Source: a virus. From it: a stretch of DNA of 45,005 nucleotides. A program made the position numbers and the translations under genes. Of the stretch, positions 16,296 to 26,505 are shown in pieces. The notes beneath the pieces were generated by a model. It was not told the origin of the DNA. It saw nothing but the letters and a program-made list of their open reading frames with translations, and ran no database searches. Positions within the stretch are counted from its first letter, which is position 1. Every line of letters starts with the position of its first letter. The stretch is taken from the IMG/VR virus record IMGVR_UViG_3300010962_000004, one strand, 5' to 3'.

Positions 16296-17723
16296 TTAAC
16301 CAAACAGCACGCTGAAATAACTAGGATCAAACTCAAAAAGACCCTTAATTTCGCGTGCTGGTGTTGGTGGTGTGATAAATAGATGGAAAGTATACGTTCC
16401 GTCCATTAATGCTGTCACAGCATTTTCTTGCTCTAAAAATTCGATACGCCCGCCCAAAATAAATTGGCGTGCTGCTTTGCTGTTTAAGTCGATATTTTTA
16501 CTATCTACAATATTTTCAATCAACTTTCGATTACCTGGTTTATCGACCTTTTGCCAGAATGATAAGATGAATTGATTTTGCTCATAAATAAAGACACGTC
16601 TAACAGAAATAAACGCATCCTTTGGATCTGTATTAGCAGGATAGGCAGATGTTCGATGCCCCCATGCACGCCATCCACCAATCCAGTTAAGGGCTGTGAC
16701 AATACCTTGACCATTTAGATAGTTGGCTTGTTCTAAGCTTAGTAAAATTTCTGTACTATCTGCCAGTACTGCAGCATCCATTTGTAAATTTTTATTTGAA
16801 AATTCTTCATATGGATACCCTTCATTACTTGCATCCACCAAATTGGCTAAACTAGCTGCTTGCGTAGACATATGATACTGTTTGCCGCCTAGTGATACTT
16901 TTGGCCAAAATGTAAATAGATTTGGATTATCTAAATTATTTTGGTTTTTAACCATGGGTACCTGTGTATAATCTCGAACTTCTTCTGTTGATATATCTGC
17001 AAATGCAATAGCTTGGAATAAACCATTGATATTTAGTGCCTTTGCTTTCATGACTGCAGCAACAGCTGAATTGGTTGAATATTTCGGTGCAATAATAATC
17101 CCTGGTACCTCTCGGAATCGCGGGAACACTTCATTGACTAATTCAAGACCTTTATATGAACCGTCTAGTGATACCCCACCGATAATATCTGCAGGCGTTA
17201 CCAGGGAAGGATTTATTTTTTTAAATTCGACTGTAACTTCAGTAGCTACAGATGTGTAGATATGCAAATATCCATCATCGTCAAACTCTAGTTCATAATC
17301 TTTCACATCATGTGTAGTAGCACCGTCTACGCTTTTTATAATAACTGACGATTTAAGGACACCAGCCACTTTAAGGATACCTTCATTTTTAGTAATGGTT
17401 ACTTTCTCTGATCCTGTTTCACTATGTTTATCAGGATCTAAAACATTAATCATAACTAATGGTGCAACAGCAAATAAGGCAAAGTGTGAGCTAATAGCTT
17501 CACAGATTGTATAGCTATCAAAATCATCAAGATAACCCATTTTCTTTACACATTCTGAGTACGTATAACCTAGCATCGGTTTATTGACTAATGCCGCTGG
17601 ATCATCTGTTAAATGAATTGGTGCGGTACCTACAATAACAGTTAAGCCAGCTGTCGATTTGACAGGAGGTACAATCGATGTTGGTACCTCATACGTATAA
17701 ACACCATGTTGATACCCTGCCAT
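16296..17723 (-). CDS. Contractile tail sheath protein
   Basis: 475 aa. Assigned by size and by position ahead of the tube, chaperone and tape measure genes. Confidence 0.8.
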   Translation of the reverse strand: MAGYQHGVYTYEVPTSIVPPVKSTAGLTVIVGTAPIHLTDDPAALVNKPMLGYTYSECVKKMGYLDDFDSYTICEAISSHFALFAVAPLVMINVLDPDKHSETGSEKVTITKNEGILKVAGVLKSSVIIKSVDGATTHDVKDYELEFDDDGYLHIYTSVATEVTVEFKKINPSLVTPADIIGGVSLDGSYKGLELVNEVFPRFREVPGIIIAPKYSTNSAVAAVMKAKALNINGLFQAIAFADISTEEVRDYTQVPMVKNQNNLDNPNLFTFWPKVSLGGKQYHMSTQAASLANLVDASNEGYPYEEFSNKNLQMDAAVLADSTEILLSLEQANYLNGQGIVTALNWIGGWRAWGHRTSAYPANTDPKDAFISVRRVFIYEQNQFILSFWQKVDKPGNRKLIENIVDSKNIDLNSKAARQFILGGRIEFLEQENAVTALMDGTYTFHLFITPPTPAREIKGLFEFDPSYFSVLFG

Positions 17724-18130
17724 TAGTTAGCCACCTCTCTTTCTGCAACAATAAATTCATTGATTGCATTAAAATAGCGATTTTCTAAGGTACCTTTTAC
17801 CTTAGTTCTACTTTCTACTACTGACATTTCTGCAATTGGTACAAATAATTTTTCTATATCAGGACATTTCTCTATAAAACTTTCGATATGAGGTGTAAAA
17901 TCTGTTTCAATCACTGTATACGTTGGCAATCCTAATATATTTGGTCCAACATAGATTTTTTGAGTAATATCCTTTGCTGGAATGACCTTTTCTTGATCTT
18001 CAATAATTGCTGATTTTTGCTGCTCTACTTCGCCACCGCCTGTATACGTTGACATAGCATTTTCTACGGATGCTGCAACTACTTCAGGTGCAACAGGCTC
18101 CACTTGCTTTTTAATGCGTTCATTGGCCAT
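17723..18130 (-). CDS. Hypothetical structural protein (135 aa)
   Basis: Translationally coupled ORF upstream of the sheath gene. Confidence 0.5.
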   Translation of the reverse strand: MANERIKKQVEPVAPEVVAASVENAMSTYTGGGEVEQQKSAIIEDQEKVIPAKDITQKIYVGPNILGLPTYTVIETDFTPHIESFIEKCPDIEKLFVPIAEMSVVESRTKVKGTLENRYFNAINEFIVAEREVAN

Positions 18131-18620
18131 TTACATACCCTCCTTGTGTCATTGACCTACTTTCAAAGGTCAATTGTATGCCCCCATAATAAAATGGGTG
18201 GCGTTCTTCCTCACTACCATCTAGCGCCCAACTCAATGGGTATTTGAATAGATACTTCTTTTCTAAAATTGGATTGTGATTAAAATCATTCCAAATGGCT
18301 TGAATACAAGCCATTACATCATCATATCCTTCACCCTCAAAGCTCTCATTTTTTACACCGATTAAAATATTTAGCACATTTTCTTCTAATTTTTCATTAC
18401 TCTCTTTTTGTCCTTGGTCAATTTTCACCAAACAAAAAGGATACACTTCTTCATGTGTATCCTCATCTGAGTAATCAAATTGATCGCTGATCCGTTCAGG
18501 AATCTTATGACGAAAAATCTTAAAAGGTGTTGGATCGTTAAAAGATGTTTTCAAGGGAAAATCTTTTAAAATTTCTGTAAGACGATTTACTAATGCATTT
18601 TGTATGTTAGCAACTGTCAT
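18120..18620 (-). CDS. Hypothetical neck/tail completion protein (166 aa)
   Basis: Assigned by position between the head-tail connector genes and the sheath gene. Confidence 0.5.
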   Translation of the reverse strand: MTVANIQNALVNRLTEILKDFPLKTSFNDPTPFKIFRHKIPERISDQFDYSDEDTHEEVYPFCLVKIDQGQKESNEKLEENVLNILIGVKNESFEGEGYDDVMACIQAIWNDFNHNPILEKKYLFKYPLSWALDGSEEERHPFYYGGIQLTFESRSMTQGGYVNGQ

Positions 18621-19187
18621 TTAACTCGCTCCTAATTGGCCTAATATTCTATTGATTTCATGATTCAAACGAGTTTCATACGTAATCCAGGATTGCTCAT
18701 TAATTTTCTGGACAGTTTTCTCATTCCCAATCACTTGAGGTATTGAAGGTCCAAAAAGACGTGCGATTGGCAACCTTTTAGTCGTTTCACGTTTAAATAG
18801 TTTAATTCCATGTAAATTAGCAACGAATGCACCTACAACTTGTTTCATACCATCTTTTTTTACAGCAATTTTTAATTGGCTTTTCCGTTTAGGATTTTCC
18901 GTTTTAGGCGTTGCCTTAAACCGATCTAATGGTATGGCCTTACCACTGGATCTTACTTCTGCAGCTAAAACTGATTTACTTGCTTTGGTAATTTTTAAAG
19001 TAGCTTTTATATCTGCAGGTTTAAGATGATATTTGGCCCTAGTTTCCTTGGTTATATTACTGGCAGTATTCGTAGTTGCTCGATTAAGGGCATTTGCTAC
19101 GGCATTCGGTGCTCGATTAGCAAATTGACCAAGTCGTTGTTCAACATCCCTTAAAGCAGCCGCATCGACTTGAATCAACACGCTCAT
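18621..19187 (-). CDS. HK97 gp10-like neck/tail-component protein
   Basis: N-terminal pattern DAAALRDVEQRLGQFANRAPNAVANALNRA, typical of the gp10 family. Also supported by position. Confidence 0.55.
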   Translation of the reverse strand: MSVLIQVDAAALRDVEQRLGQFANRAPNAVANALNRATTNTASNITKETRAKYHLKPADIKATLKITKASKSVLAAEVRSSGKAIPLDRFKATPKTENPKRKSQLKIAVKKDGMKQVVGAFVANLHGIKLFKRETTKRLPIARLFGPSIPQVIGNEKTVQKINEQSWITYETRLNHEINRILGQLGAS

Positions 19188-19507
19188 TCTGTGAACCTCA
19201 TTAGTCCAATCGTGAGCATTCCTAAGTTATTACGGACAACTTTAATTCGGTATTCCTTCCCTTCAAACTCCATTAACCGTTCAGGCTGTGGAATGCCTCT
19301 AAAATAAGATGACTTCACATGAAAAACTACATCACATGAAGCCAACTTCTTATCTGTATTAAACTGGGCCATTTCATTACTATCACGTACAATACTCATT
19401 TCTTTTTTGTTAATGATGACCGTTTCAGCAAATTCATTTTGATTAATGAAAACATTATCAATATCTTGCATCAATAAATCTTTAAATGTTTTACTCATGG
19501 TCATCAT
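19184..19507 (-). CDS. Head-tail connector/head closure-like protein (107 aa)
   Basis: Assigned by position in the connector block, with overlapping start and stop codons. Confidence 0.45.
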   Translation of the reverse strand: MMTMSKTFKDLLMQDIDNVFINQNEFAETVIINKKEMSIVRDSNEMAQFNTDKKLASCDVVFHVKSSYFRGIPQPERLMEFEGKEYRIKVVRNNLGMLTIGLMRFTE

Positions 19508-19691
19508 CCGCTTTTTTTATCCGGCGACTTTTCGGTTGTTCTTCCTTACTTTCAACAGCATTTGCTACTTTTGCTGAACCACCTTCAATAAGTTTTGTTG
19601 CAAAAGCATCATCCGCTGAAAAAACCTCACCAGGAGGAATCATTCGCCCTGCAAACCAAACATGAGTGATTGACTCTAAAATAACAGCCAT
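19491..19691 (-). CDS. Hypothetical head-associated protein (66 aa)
   Basis: Packed ORF between the decoration-like gene and the connector genes. Confidence 0.45.
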   Translation of the reverse strand: MAVILESITHVWFAGRMIPPGEVFSADDAFATKLIEGGSAKVANAVESKEEQPKSRRIKKADDDHE

Positions 19692-19704
19692 ATAAATCCC
19701 CCCA

Positions 19705-20031
19705 TTAGTCGATTTTTACTCGAGCAATTGTGCCAGTTTGTGCTTTTGGTTCAACAGTCCAACCTGCAAGTGTAGCATCAGTTTCAGTAGCTTGTACCTT
19801 GCCATCTTTAAAATAAACAGGCTGGCCAATCGTTAATGCTTCTGTAGAAAGGGCAGGAAAATCATACACACCCATTACGTTTATAGCTCCTTTGGTTCCC
19901 ACAGGAATTGCTGTAGCTGCAATACCAATACGACTTGATAAATCAACAACCTCACCAGCTACAATATCAGCACTTGTATTATTAATAAAATCAATTGTTT
20001 CTCCACGTTGTACATATTTTGCTTGTGCCAT
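19705..20031 (-). CDS. DUF2190-type head decoration-like protein
   Basis: 108 aa directly after the major capsid gene. Pattern VQRGETIDF...AGEVV...IGIAATAIPVGTKGAINVMGVY. Confidence 0.6.
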   Translation of the reverse strand: MAQAKYVQRGETIDFINNTSADIVAGEVVDLSSRIGIAATAIPVGTKGAINVMGVYDFPALSTEALTIGQPVYFKDGKVQATETDATLAGWTVEPKAQTGTIARVKID

Positions 20032-20049
20032 TAATTTTTAGCTCCTTTC

Positions 20050-21501
20050 TTATTTCCCCTTGTTTTTAACTACTGTTTGATAATCTACAACTGTCACACC
20101 ATAATCCATATAAATATCCCAAAGGAAACCAAGTTGACCTGCAGGTGCTTGTTTCATCACAATAGTTGGCATATCTTTACCATTTAAAAAGTCAACTTGA
20201 ATTGGTGAACGTAATTTATCTGATGTTACATACCACTCTAATTCACCATTTACACTAGCATCATCTAGCTCAGCGTCTGAAACGATTGTAAATTGATTGT
20301 AGAATGGGTTCGGAATATTAGGGTTAGTTTGAGATGGATCAACAGTTGATCCAATTAATTGACCTGCCTTTGTTTCAAGTGAAGTCGGTACCAACATGAA
20401 ACGTGCAGGGATATTTAATTTCACATCGCCACCTGCAGCCGTTTGTTTTCTTAATAACTGGCGTGCTTGTGACAATGTATCAACGGATGGTGCTCCACTT
20501 GTAGCCATAACATTTTTATGATCCGCATGGAAAAGTGTTTTACCATCCCAAATAGCTGGATTGTTAGCCAAAGTTTGATACACCAAACGGTTAATACCAA
20601 GTCGTGCTGATTGAGCATACAGTGCTGGAATAGTTTCAATAAAACTAACATCATCATTGATAAATGCCTGGCGTGACATAGAGAATTGACGACCATACGT
20701 TAATAATTGACGTGTTGGTCCTTCAACGCCATTAGGATCATCATGTTTTAATTCACCATTCTCTGAAACTAGTAATAATTCACCTGCAGTACCAACTTGA
20801 TATGTTTTAGTTGGGCGGAAATCAGTTAATGTACCTCGGCGTGTCCAATGCTGATATGTTGTAGCAGCGTCTGTATATGCCTGTTGGAATACATTACGAG
20901 CCGTTTGATCGATGATATTTGTAAATAGTGATGATGGTGTTAAATGTTGACGTAAAAGCACGTCATCACTTAATCGATAAGCGTTATTTACCCCTTCAAT
21001 AATTAAGGATTCTTTTGCTAATTCACGTAATGATAAATTTCGTAACTCACCAGCACCTTCATTTGGCTTTTCTACGTTCATTCCCACACGTAAAGCCAAT
21101 CCATCGGCAGCTGCATCACGGAATTTATCGCGTTCGTCTTTCCCCATTTGAATGCCAGAAGGTTGTGGGGCACGCTCTTTAATTTGTTTTTCAAGGATTA
21201 GTTTACGAACTTGATCAACTGAATGACCTTCTTTAATATACTCATCCGATTCTAGGCCAAACTCTCTGCAAAGCGTTGTAATTTCGAGCGTGCGTTGACG
21301 CTCTGCTTCAAGTGTTCGTTGGGAATTGTCCACAGATGTTGGCTCAGGTGTTGGTTCACCTTGTTCGCGTAGAGCTTCAAGCTCTGTTTGTAATTGATCG
21401 AATTCACGTTGTTCCTCAGCTGTTAATGCACGATTTCCATCGTTTTTAGCTCCATCTAAAATTGCTTTTTGACGTGCTAAGATTTTTTGCATTTTCTTCA
21501 T
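20050..21501 (-). CDS. Major capsid protein, HK97 family, with N-terminal coiled-coil delta domain
   Basis: 483 aa following the prohead protease gene. The N-terminal scaffold-like helix contains LTAEEQREFDQLQTELEALRE. Confidence 0.8.
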   Translation of the reverse strand: MKKMQKILARQKAILDGAKNDGNRALTAEEQREFDQLQTELEALREQGEPTPEPTSVDNSQRTLEAERQRTLEITTLCREFGLESDEYIKEGHSVDQVRKLILEKQIKERAPQPSGIQMGKDERDKFRDAAADGLALRVGMNVEKPNEGAGELRNLSLRELAKESLIIEGVNNAYRLSDDVLLRQHLTPSSLFTNIIDQTARNVFQQAYTDAATTYQHWTRRGTLTDFRPTKTYQVGTAGELLLVSENGELKHDDPNGVEGPTRQLLTYGRQFSMSRQAFINDDVSFIETIPALYAQSARLGINRLVYQTLANNPAIWDGKTLFHADHKNVMATSGAPSVDTLSQARQLLRKQTAAGGDVKLNIPARFMLVPTSLETKAGQLIGSTVDPSQTNPNIPNPFYNQFTIVSDAELDDASVNGELEWYVTSDKLRSPIQVDFLNGKDMPTIVMKQAPAGQLGFLWDIYMDYGVTVVDYQTVVKNKGK

Positions 21502-21504
21502 AGG

Positions 21505-22146
21505 TTACTTTACCCCCAATAAATTTTTTGTTAATTGTATCTGATGCTCATAATATGAGTAATCAGCTTTTTCTAACGTTTCTAGCTCATCCTCCATTTC
21601 ACGCCCAACACCAACTGTTGCATCAGCTGGTACAGAAACAATGGAAATTTCATAAGGCTGCCATTTTAAAGCAACACTACATGGTCCAACATGACGACCG
21701 TTTACAGATGTTTTACCAGCTGCAACTTCTTCCCAAGATTCAACTTGATAGCCTACTGAAACAGCTTTAAGAGTTTGCGATTTTACTTTTTGATAAATTA
21801 CATCTGACTCATCATCTTCATCAAAGGTAACTTGTGCATACGCTCGATTATCCTTTGTCCATGCCTTATCGATACGACCAATTACTTTGTCACGATTATG
21901 GTTGTATAAAAGTACACCAATTTCATTTAATCGGCTTAAATCAATAGCACCTGGTTCATGTGATAAAATTTCTGGACCAAACCAACGCTGATATGGTTCC
22001 TCGCTTGAAAAAGAAAGCTCAAAAGTGCGTTTTTCATCATCCAATGACCTAATATCAAAAGATAAATCACGATTCATCTTCTGGTTTTTCGTCATCTGTT
22101 TCTTTGATGAGCTGGTCGATTTCTTCGGATTCGGTACTTGACTCAC
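21505..22146 (-). CDS. Prohead maturation protease (HK97 / U35-S78 family)
   Basis: FELSFSSEEPYQRWFG ... LLYNHNRDKVIGRI. The GTG start at 22146 follows the Shine-Dalgarno site AAGGGGGTGA and overlaps the portal 3' end by 80 nt. Confidence 0.75.
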   Translation of the reverse strand: MSQVPNPKKSTSSSKKQMTKNQKMNRDLSFDIRSLDDEKRTFELSFSSEEPYQRWFGPEILSHEPGAIDLSRLNEIGVLLYNHNRDKVIGRIDKAWTKDNRAYAQVTFDEDDESDVIYQKVKSQTLKAVSVGYQVESWEEVAAGKTSVNGRHVGPCSVALKWQPYEISIVSVPADATVGVGREMEDELETLEKADYSYYEHQIQLTKNLLGVK

Positions 22147-23569
22147 TACTTATCACCCCCTTTTCCTTCATATATTCGATTTCAAGAGCACGTTGATCAA
22201 TGATTTCACGCCAATCATTTCCGGTGTTACCTGCAATTTCAGCAAGCGTTGTTTGGTTGGTTTCAAGAGCTATTTTATTTGCATTAGCTTCTTTTAACGG
22301 ATCAATCCATTTCATACCTGGTGCAACCCATTCATGCTTTAGATAACTTTCCTTTTTGGTATGGAAGTCTTTAATACTAACCTTTCCAGCCAAAACAGCT
22401 GACTCTATGAATGCCTCGTATACTGGAATAAAGAAGTGATCAATTAAATATTGTTGCTGCATCAAATATGTTTTTTGATCCTCTATTAGCCCTTGTCGAG
22501 CTGATGAATAATTGACCTGTGACATATCACGCGCTGCCACTTCATAAGAAATACCTTGTGATGCACCAGATAGACGCTGTTGTAAACGAATAAACTCAGA
22601 TGAATTAGCAGCTTGTGCCGGTGGTTGAACCACACTTACGTCATCCCCTGGATTAAGCTCCATAATCATACCTGGACTCAACATTTTACCCGCATATCCA
22701 CTACGTCTTTCAGGACCTCCACTTGAACGTCCAACATTTCCACTACCATTTGGAATCATTCTTTTAATTAACACTGCAAGTAATGCAGCTACACGTTCTT
22801 TTACACTTACAGCCTCCATAAATTGGTTCATATCTCGAACCCTTGGAAGCGTTGAGGACAATTCACTCATTTCTCTCAACTGACTTGGTCGTTTTTTCTT
22901 GAATAAAAAAAGCACATCTTTAGCTTCAATTCGCTCATATGTACCGATATAATTTCCATATGCATCGTACTTTTTTAAATAATAGGCAATTGGCCGATTA
23001 TAGGCATTGTACTCAATACCATTTACAATTTTTTTAGTGCTTGTTGTAGGTATCATGGTGTCCAAATCATCTACCTCATACAACTGTAACGATAATGGCA
23101 CAACGCCATCATCAATATATCTTAAAACTACAATAATTCCACCATCCACCTTCTGGCGGCGCACTAGCATTTGACAGATTTCAGAAAAACTTTGTTGCTG
23201 GGTTACATCACAATTCTTAGGACGGCACCACAATTTAAATAATGTTTCAATTGTTGTATTTAAATCTTCATTTTCCGTTTTCGCCTGTAACTTAAAACCA
23301 CCACCAACAACATTTCGCTCAAATGCTAAGACAACACTCTCTAAAATGTCACTATTACGTTCTAAATCACGGCTTCTCGCTCGAATTGTGTCTCGATACA
23401 TGCCGTCAGTTGATTCAGCCTTTGCATTTATTGCTCGCCATCCTGCATTCAAATGATCATCACCAGCTGCATCATAAGAACGCATTTGATTAACTGCTTG
23501 ACGATAACCCATACGTTTATACGCTGATTCAGGAGAAAACCATGCGATGGTTCTGTCTAAAAAGTTCAA
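22067..23569 (-). CDS. Portal protein (lambda-family type)
   Basis: 500 aa between the gpW-like and protease genes, with an acidic C-terminus. Confidence 0.8.
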   Translation of the reverse strand: MNFLDRTIAWFSPESAYKRMGYRQAVNQMRSYDAAGDDHLNAGWRAINAKAESTDGMYRDTIRARSRDLERNSDILESVVLAFERNVVGGGFKLQAKTENEDLNTTIETLFKLWCRPKNCDVTQQQSFSEICQMLVRRQKVDGGIIVVLRYIDDGVVPLSLQLYEVDDLDTMIPTTSTKKIVNGIEYNAYNRPIAYYLKKYDAYGNYIGTYERIEAKDVLFLFKKKRPSQLREMSELSSTLPRVRDMNQFMEAVSVKERVAALLAVLIKRMIPNGSGNVGRSSGGPERRSGYAGKMLSPGMIMELNPGDDVSVVQPPAQAANSSEFIRLQQRLSGASQGISYEVAARDMSQVNYSSARQGLIEDQKTYLMQQQYLIDHFFIPVYEAFIESAVLAGKVSIKDFHTKKESYLKHEWVAPGMKWIDPLKEANANKIALETNQTTLAEIAGNTGNDWREIIDQRALEIEYMKEKGVISSESSTESEEIDQLIKETDDEKPEDES

Positions 23570-23577
23570 TTTTCCAC

Positions 23578-23793
23578 CTACCTTCTGTCAAATATGGCGA
23601 CAGATGTGTTGGCCAAGCCAATGCTATCTGACTTTTCAACCTCTAACTCCCCTTGAAGCTCTTTCTGACGCCGATAAAGTAATGATAAATCAGCTCGTTT
23701 TAAACGCCTGGAACCGATTTGATACTCTTGTCCACCAATTTCAATAGCTGCAATCGCATTATTTACTTGCTGTAACTGCTCCTCTATGCTCAT
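23578..23793 (-). CDS. Head-tail joining protein, lambda gpW-like
   Basis: 71 aa from the ATG after the Shine-Dalgarno site AAGGGGTG. Contains QQVNNAIAAIEIGGQEYQIGSRRLKRADLSLLYRRQKEL. Located between the terminase and portal genes. Confidence 0.65.
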   Translation of the reverse strand: MSIEEQLQQVNNAIAAIEIGGQEYQIGSRRLKRADLSLLYRRQKELQGELEVEKSDSIGLANTSVAIFDRR

Positions 23794-23805
23794 TTTCAAC
23801 ACCCC

Positions 23806-24057
23806 TTACTCTTTAGCTTCTTTTGTTAATTGTTTTATATTATCTTGAAGATATTCAGATAGTTTAATATAACCTTCCGTATTTGACTTTTCATCAAAAC
23901 CCCTAAACTTCACACGTGCAGGATAGACATTAATAATTTCATTTGTATTATTATCGATTTCAACTACAATTGCCCATCCAAATAAATGTAGTGTTTGATT
24001 TATAAACCACAACAGACCTGAATTTTTAAATTCGTCCCACTTTTGAGGTGAAATCAC
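23806..24057 (-). CDS. Hypothetical protein (83 aa)
   Basis: Packed ORF between the large terminase and gpW-like genes. Confidence 0.5.
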   Translation of the reverse strand: MISPQKWDEFKNSGLLWFINQTLHLFGWAIVVEIDNNTNEIINVYPARVKFRGFDEKSNTEGYIKLSEYLQDNIKQLTKEAKE

Positions 24058-24072
24058 TTTAAAATCTCCCTT

Positions 24073-25893
24073 CTACCACTGTTTTTTATTGATACCTAGC
24101 CAGTCATTATTAAATTCTTCAGCATCCGCGTTTACGTTTTCTTCAACTGGTGGTTCCTCTTGTAATAGGTGCAACGTTCTAACACCTAATACATCAGCCA
24201 TTGCAAAATCATATACTTCACAGTCCAAGTAATGATTATCTGCATGGGAAGATTTCTTTACCCAAACAGAAACGGTCCGCCCACTACGTTTTTCATTTAT
24301 TTTATGTTCAGCTGTCACTTGTTCCGCATAATCGTCATCAATTCCTTTATAAACCATCCATGATCCGGTGCCGTTTTTCTTTTTCATTCGAGATGCGATC
24401 ATGTCTTTATATTTACCACCATCAATAAGTATCAATTGCATACCATAAGCTGATGATGATGTACGGTTTACCTTACTAATACGGAAGTGATGAAGCCCAT
24501 CACCAACACCTTTGATTGGAATAGCCCATTCACTATTTCGTGCACAAAAATCATAAACCTCATCTGTTTGGTCACCTGAGTCAATTCCAGCTGCATTAAC
24601 TATCATTATTTCGCCATTTACTTTATAAAATTCAGCATTCATAATGTTTTCAATATCAGTGAAACTTGATACTTGACCCTTCGCAACTAATTGAGAAGTC
24701 ATATATTTTCCCCAAGCTCGAATTGTATAGTATAAACTTGTTTCCTGGACATCGACACCTGCAGTTAATAGCTCTGCCCATTCTGGAACCGTAAATTCAG
24801 GAATATCCGTTTGTCGTTCCTTAACCATATCCGCATTGGTTTTTAGTTTGGTATCTTCCCAAACTTCAGCTAGCCAAGAATTGACAAAGTTTTGAAATGC
24901 TTCAGGATCATCCTTTGATGTTAAAAATTCTTTTGCAATGGCTCCAAATGTAACGAATGGTGAATACAAAGTATTCATCCAATATGCAACTTTACGAGGA
25001 AATTTAGTTCGTTGTTCTACAGCTTCCCATTTCCCCAACCTCAACATTTGAATTTTATGTTGATCTGTAATGATACAGCCACATTCTTGGCATACATAAT
25101 GAGCAAACTCAGCACGATCAACTTCACTCATGCCTTCCTCTTTTGGCCATTTTATTTGCTTAAATTTGAGCTCTATCATTTCGCCACAATGACAGCAGGG
25201 TAAAAAGAAATGCTTTACTACATCAGCTGTATCTTTTGCTTTTGCAATATGGCCAGTTCTAATTGTTGGTGTGGACGTGATAAAAACTTTACTATTTGAA
25301 AATGTTTTAGTACGCTCACGTGCCAATTTAATTGGATCGGCTTCTTTTTTGGATGCACCAGGATACTTATCTACTTCATCCAGTAATAAATACCGCATTG
25401 CTTTTGAAGATAATGACGCTGGTGAATTTGCCCCTGTCAATGATAGATACATACCATCAAACTGAAGTTCCAAACGACTTGATTCATTCTTTTTAAATTT
25501 ACTTTTAAGTTCACCAGATAGTTGGAACATTGGTTGAATACGGTTTTCTGATACAGATTCGGCTAAATCATCTGTTGGATAAACAACCATTGCAGGATTA
25601 GGATCCTGCATCACTACATAGCCTAAAACATTTAATAAAACTTCTGTTCCACCAACTTGTGTTGGTTTAATAAAGACAATTTCCTCTGTCTCTGCATTAT
25701 TAAATTCATCCATAATCTCAACTAAATAAGGTGTCATTTCATTTCGCCATGGACCAGGAATTGCACTTGTTTTTGGATCTAATTTTCTATATTTTTCAGC
25801 CCATTGGCTAACAGTCAAATTTTCAGGTGGCTTTAAATGGCGTAGTGCATTTTTTAAGTAGGTTGGTAATTTATTTTTACTTTTTCTTGGCAT
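24073..25893 (-). CDS. terL: Terminase large subunit (lambda GpA family)
   Basis: About 606 aa. Contains a Walker-like PTQVGGTE, a DEVD motif and a Cys4 cluster (CCHCGEMI...CQECGC). The start is uncertain (25893 preferred, ORF track 25911). Confidence 0.88.
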   Translation of the reverse strand: MPRKSKNKLPTYLKNALRHLKPPENLTVSQWAEKYRKLDPKTSAIPGPWRNEMTPYLVEIMDEFNNAETEEIVFIKPTQVGGTEVLLNVLGYVVMQDPNPAMVVYPTDDLAESVSENRIQPMFQLSGELKSKFKKNESSRLELQFDGMYLSLTGANSPASLSSKAMRYLLLDEVDKYPGASKKEADPIKLARERTKTFSNSKVFITSTPTIRTGHIAKAKDTADVVKHFFLPCCHCGEMIELKFKQIKWPKEEGMSEVDRAEFAHYVCQECGCIITDQHKIQMLRLGKWEAVEQRTKFPRKVAYWMNTLYSPFVTFGAIAKEFLTSKDDPEAFQNFVNSWLAEVWEDTKLKTNADMVKERQTDIPEFTVPEWAELLTAGVDVQETSLYYTIRAWGKYMTSQLVAKGQVSSFTDIENIMNAEFYKVNGEIMIVNAAGIDSGDQTDEVYDFCARNSEWAIPIKGVGDGLHHFRISKVNRTSSSAYGMQLILIDGGKYKDMIASRMKKKNGTGSWMVYKGIDDDYAEQVTAEHKINEKRSGRTVSVWVKKSSHADNHYLDCEVYDFAMADVLGVRTLHLLQEEPPVEENVNADAEEFNNDWLGINKKQW

Positions 25894-26389
25894 TATAAAC
25901 ACCATCCACACTCATTTGACTCAATGCATCATTTATAAGCTCCGAAATTTGCTTTTCAACTTTTCGCAATTCCATAGGATCTAAATAGCCAGTGATAAAA
26001 CCTATTAATTTTCGAGGCAACATCATGGCTGATTTTTTAAATACCAAGAAAAAGCGAGTAAGTTCAGCTTCAACAATTTCCTTCTCGATGTATTTTCCCT
26101 CAGCTATATCCATTTTGATTCGTGCAAGCTCTGTTTGTGATTCTTTGAATGCAACCTCTGCTTCTAGCTTTTTTTGTTGCAGATTTACAGACTTACTCGT
26201 TTCGGAATCACCGTTATAAATTTCGCCTCGCCATTTTAGAACATGCTGCAGATCCCACCAGCCACGACTATGCTGTGTTAGCCCTTGCCTTTTCCAATCC
26301 GTTAGCGTTCTGTCACTGATTTCAATCAATTCACAAAGCTTATTTGTACGAATAAGCACTCGTCCTTTTTCCTCTTTAAAACCGTCCAA
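25877..26389 (-). CDS. terS: Terminase small subunit (HTH type)
   Basis: Immediately upstream of terL and overlapping it. HTH-like LCELIEISDRTLTDWKRQGL. A TTG start at 26389 follows the Shine-Dalgarno site GAGGTGA. The ORF-track extension to 26512 runs through a GC-rich non-coding-looking element. Confidence 0.65.
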   Translation of the reverse strand: MDGFKEEKGRVLIRTNKLCELIEISDRTLTDWKRQGLTQHSRGWWDLQHVLKWRGEIYNGDSETSKSVNLQQKKLEAEVAFKESQTELARIKMDIAEGKYIEKEIVEAELTRFFLVFKKSAMMLPRKLIGFITGYLDPMELRKVEKQISELINDALSQMSVDGVYNAKKK

Positions 26390-26403
26390 TTTGTTCACCT
26401 CAA

Positions 26404-26419
26404 TTCCGAAGTTCCGAAG
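26404..26419. repeat. Tandem 8-mer ttccgaag x2 upstream of terS
   Basis: Exact tandem copies at 26404-26411 and 26412-26419. Confidence 0.8.
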
Positions 26420-26439
26420 TAAAATTTTTAAATTAAAAA

Positions 26440-26505
26440 TAGGCAAGCCGCGGGAGTCGCAAGCCCCGCATAACCCCTCCCTCCCAGGAAGGACCCAAAG
26501 CCTTG
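26440..26505. other. GC-rich island, candidate cos / packaging-recognition region
   Basis: ggcaagccgcgggagtcgcaagccccgcataacccctccctcccaggaagg stands out in an AT-rich genome. It lies directly upstream of terS, where lambda-like GpA terminases cut cos. Confidence 0.35.

Noticed and set aside
22067-22146. The 80-nt portal/protease overlap as a mis-called protease start or a frameshift site
   Set aside because: The GTG at 22146 has a strong Shine-Dalgarno site (AAGGGGGTGA) at proper spacing, while the internal ATGs lack one. There is no slippery sequence. It is accepted as a genuine overlap with moderate confidence.
3180-25465. Other short opposite-strand or nested ORFs in the track, including 3180-3386, 4205-4387, 4786-4992, 4917-5228, 7207-7503, 8003-8215, 9309-9593, 11714-12010, 12739-13038, 13234-13530, 13948-14169, 15026-15214, 15513-15830, 16194-16714, 17026-17259, 20451-20696, 21528-21770, 23547-23747, 24201-24428, 25012-25203 and 25271-25465
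   Set aside because: All lie inside longer, motif-supported structural genes on the other strand or in another frame. They are typical shadow ORFs. The same applies to 25992-26219, 26391-26609, 28114-28356, 29494-29712, 30135-30779, 31608-32229, 33255-33718, 35163-36539, 36764-37039, 38229-38423, 40370-40570 and 44514-44741.
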